The notes beneath the pieces are model-generated. The model ran no database searches, had not been told where the DNA came from, and saw nothing but the letters and a program-made list of their open reading frames with translations. DNA of 63,716 bases, filler included, from Ministeria vibrans ATCC 50519 (lineage: Eukaryota; Protista; Filasterea), in assembly GCA_943704425.1 (NCBI GenBank). It is 8 parts of 8 records of this genome, joined end to end, with 100 filler letters (N's around TTAATTAATTAA, not from the genome) between each part and the next. Parts side by side here need not be neighbours in the genome. Positions count along the whole stretch, not along the records: positions 60,624 to 62,190 come from CALSCP010002743.1; positions 62,291 to 63,716 come from CALSCP010001843.1; 6 more parts are not named here. One strand, 5' to 3'. This document shows positions 60,787 to 63,716 of the stretch, in pieces; position 1 is the first letter of the stretch; each line of letters starts with the position of its first letter. The position numbers were made by a program, and so were the translations under genes.

Positions 60787-61562
60787 CTGGTCGTCTGCCA
60801 CCCAAACAGCCCTCGGAGAAGCAACGCGAGTCACTGTTGCGTCGTCAGCAATATAACGCGCCGCGTGTAGGACTCGGTGGCGGACGCACCGCGACAACAC
60901 CTTCATCAGCATCACGCACAAGCACGACACCGCTTGCGGCGCGTCGCTTGAGTAGCAGCGGAACCGGTGGCTACAACACACAGCCATCGACACCATCCTC
61001 ACTACGACCGCCACAGCCACGTATGAGTGGCAGCAGCAGCAGCAGCAGGGGCGGCGGCGGCACCAGTGGCAACGAGGGCTACGGTTCTTCCCGCACTATC
61101 TCAACGCCATCACGTCCAACCTCCTCCCGCTTCACCACCAACACCATTTCTACCACAACCACCGGTCGCAAACCGCCCGTGCAGAGCAGTGGCTATGGCC
61201 GACCCTCCCCGTCGACCCTCCGCCGCACAACCACCCGCACCAGAGCGCCCCCATCATCCTCCGACCCCCGTCCCGCCGTCGCGTCCGGCCGCTACAACAT
61301 TGACAGTGTCGTCTCGTCCGCCATGGCCGACAGTGCCGTCGACTCCTTGAGCTCCCACACACACAGCTCCCACCCACACAGTACTCAACCCCCCCGCAGT
61401 GCCTCCCGTGACCGCTACTCTCGCTCCACTGCTCAAGTTGTCCATTCCACGAGCACCTCGTCGGCACAGCAATTCAAATATCCCTTTTGCTACGAATGTG
61501 GCTCAAAATTTCCAGTTTCTGCCGCAAAATTTTGTGGCGATTGTGGTACAAAGAGATTGTGA
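60787..61562 (+). CDS. ZC2HC1A: ZC2HC1 (FAM164)-like, last exon
   Basis: Low-complexity region ending FCYECGSKFPVSAAKFCGDCGTKRL. Confidence 0.75.
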
Positions 61563-61828
61563 CACTTTTTTTCTTCATCTTGTTTGTTTGCTTTAAGACA
61601 TTTGAGAATGAGACTGTCTGTGGAGTGCAAACTAACAACTGTGTATCGCCATTACCTTGTGAAATGTACAAGTGAGTTCCACACACATGTGCATTCAATT
61701 GATTGATCGAAAATTCGAATTTTTAGCAAAGTTCAAATTTGAATAAGACGCGTATGGTAGATGATCTCACTCCAGACTCCAGTCTTCTCTTCAATTGGGG
61801 AATTTCAGTATTTATATAAGCTCTACCA

Positions 61829-62145
61829 ATGGACCGCGAGCAGGCACTCACCAAGGCTGTCTGTGTCGCGTGTCTCGATGGCGACGTCGAGCGACTGCAC
61901 AGTCTGCTTGCGTACTCGCCCAACCTGGCCGTCCGCGACCCCAAAGGTACGCCCGCCCGCGCCCCTCCTCCTCCCCCCGCCCCCTGACCCATCGGCATGC
62001 AGGGCGGACGGCCATGCACGCCGCTGCGTTCGGTGGAAACCCAGACTGTATTTTGCCACTTGTCCGTCTCCACATTCCTGTCGACGCCGCCGATTCCGAG
62101 GACGCCGCAACCCCTTTACACTATGCCTGCGCCGCCGGCCAACAG
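61829..62145 (+). CDS. Ankyrin-repeat protein, 5' fragment
   Basis: GRTAMHAAAFGGNPDCI, ATPLHYACAAGQ. Confidence 0.8.
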
Positions 62146-62157
62146 GTGCGCCTTAAA

Positions 62158-62190
<33 letters not shown>

Positions 62191-62290
62191 NNNNNNNNNN
62201 NNNNNNNNNNNNNNNNNNNNNNNNNNNNNNNNNNTTAATTAATTAANNNNNNNNNNNNNNNNNNNNNNNNNNNNNNNNNNNNNNNNNNNN

Positions 62291-62348
<58 letters not shown>

Positions 62349-63665
62349 GAGTATTCGTGAGTGTCTAAAGCTTGACCAGAGCCACCCTCAGTGCAAGCCC
62401 GTCTATACAGTACGTCACAGACATGGCCTGTAACTTGTATCATTTTGGTTTATATAATACCTTCAACTTTGTCATCTGCAGAAACTGAAAAAGCTGTCTA
62501 AAGCACTAAACAAGGCGGAAGAAAAGCGAGCGGGTGGAGACCACCATGGGGCAGTGGAGCGCCTGAAGGATGCACTCAAGGCGGAGCGAGAACACCCTCA
62601 CTATTTGGTGCGCACGCACAAGCTCATCTGCAACTCACTGCTCAAAGTACGTCAAATCATTTTTCTTACTGTCTCTCTATCATTTTTTTTCTCTTTTCTC
62701 TTTCTTCTTTCCCCCGTTACTTTGTTTCTCTTGTTTCTCTCTTAAGCTCTATTTTATTGTCTTTCTCTCTCTTTCACTACTCTTATTTTGTGTCTGTGTA
62801 GTTGCGACGCGCACAGGATGCTATTGCTGCGTGCAACGAGGCACTCAAACACGAACCGGAAGATTCAGAGTATGCAAAAACCCGGAATGCAAATTAATCA
62901 GGTATCACCGCTGACACAAGGCTCTGTCTCGCCCATGTCACAGGGCGCTTTGTGATACAGGCGAAGCACATCTCTTGCTTGAGCTGTTTCAAGAAGGTAC
63001 ACGGTTCAGAGAGACATAAAGATAGAAGTGACAAAGATAGAGCGTGAAAATAGATAAAGAGAAGGAGAAAAAAGTGAGAGAACAGCGCAAGGGGAAAAAC
63101 AATAATAATTATTAGTATTATTATTATTAATGTTTATATTTTGGCGGTAGCGTTGAATTTTTTCCAGCGCGCAAAGCAGAGTGATTCAGGCAGCCATCAC
63201 GTAAGTATCTCGCTGGCTTATTCTCCACTGAAACCCTTTGCTTCTGTTTGCCTGTACTTTGTGTAGATCCAGCAGCTGTTGGAACGTACTCAGCGACTGA
63301 TCAAACAGGCGTCTAGACGCGACTATTACAAGGTACGCACTCAAAGGTTCTCTTTCTTCTCCCTCCCGACACTAATGCGTTTTGTTTCTCCCACACAATA
63401 TTCACCAGATTTTGGGATTGTCGCGCGGATGTACAAAGCGCGAAGTCACCAAGGCATACCGTTCGCTTGCCCGTACGTGCCCCGAATTGCTCTTGCTTCA
63501 TCCATTTGACACATTTGACACTTTCTGCTTGTGTATTGATTTTTTATTATTATTTTTTTGCAGTGCAATGGCATCCAGACAAGTTTGACGGCGAAGCAGA
63601 AAAGAAAGAGGCCGAAAAAAGGTTTATGGACATTGCAGCGGCAAAGGAAGTGCTCTCCGACGATG
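62349..63665 (+). CDS. DNAJC3: DnaJ C3 (P58IPK) TPR plus J-domain co-chaperone, internal/3' fragment
   Basis: RDYYKILG...KAYRSLA.QWHPDKF...AEKRFMDIAAAKEVLSD, preceded by TPR-like helices. Confidence 0.9.
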
Positions 63666-63716
63666 GTATATTATCAGGGTATTGCTTGATCGTACCCATA
63701 ACGCACTTTTTTTTTT

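Overview
Gene-dense, intron-rich eukaryotic scaffold. The gene set (TOM5, SNX29-like, Mint-like tandem PDZ, LOXHD1, CENP-N) suggests a unicellular relative of animals (holozoan protist); this is inferred. The left end looks subtelomeric. It has non-LTR reverse-transcriptase fragments interleaved with short CCCTAA tracts, a secreted EGF protein, a possible tyrosine-recombinase remnant and a Crinkler-like nuclease pseudogene. A run of conserved genes follows: CENP-N, Aurora kinase, NDP kinase, Mint-like PDZ, MIOS, centrin, BTB-pentapeptide protein, LOXHD1, RhoGEF, soluble HMG-CoA reductase, RNF113A, an 8-TM protein, a bacterial-type LanC-like gene, MetAP1, MER3/HFM1, GH10 xylanase, a large secreted EGF/L-domain protein, ZFAND2 and TOM5. 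Fragments of RPA1, SNX29, ZC2HC1, an ankyrin protein and DNAJC3 end the window. Seven 100-bp N-TTAATTAATTAA-N spacers are assembly joins, and genes are cut at them. Most unusual: (1) RT fragments spliced between telomeric repeats at telomere-like microhomologies; (2) two secreted proteins with a non-EGF, bacterial-looking domain inserted inside an EGF module; (3) intron-bearing bacterial-type LanC-like and GH10 genes. All family assignments come from motif recognition by eye, and exon boundaries are manual.
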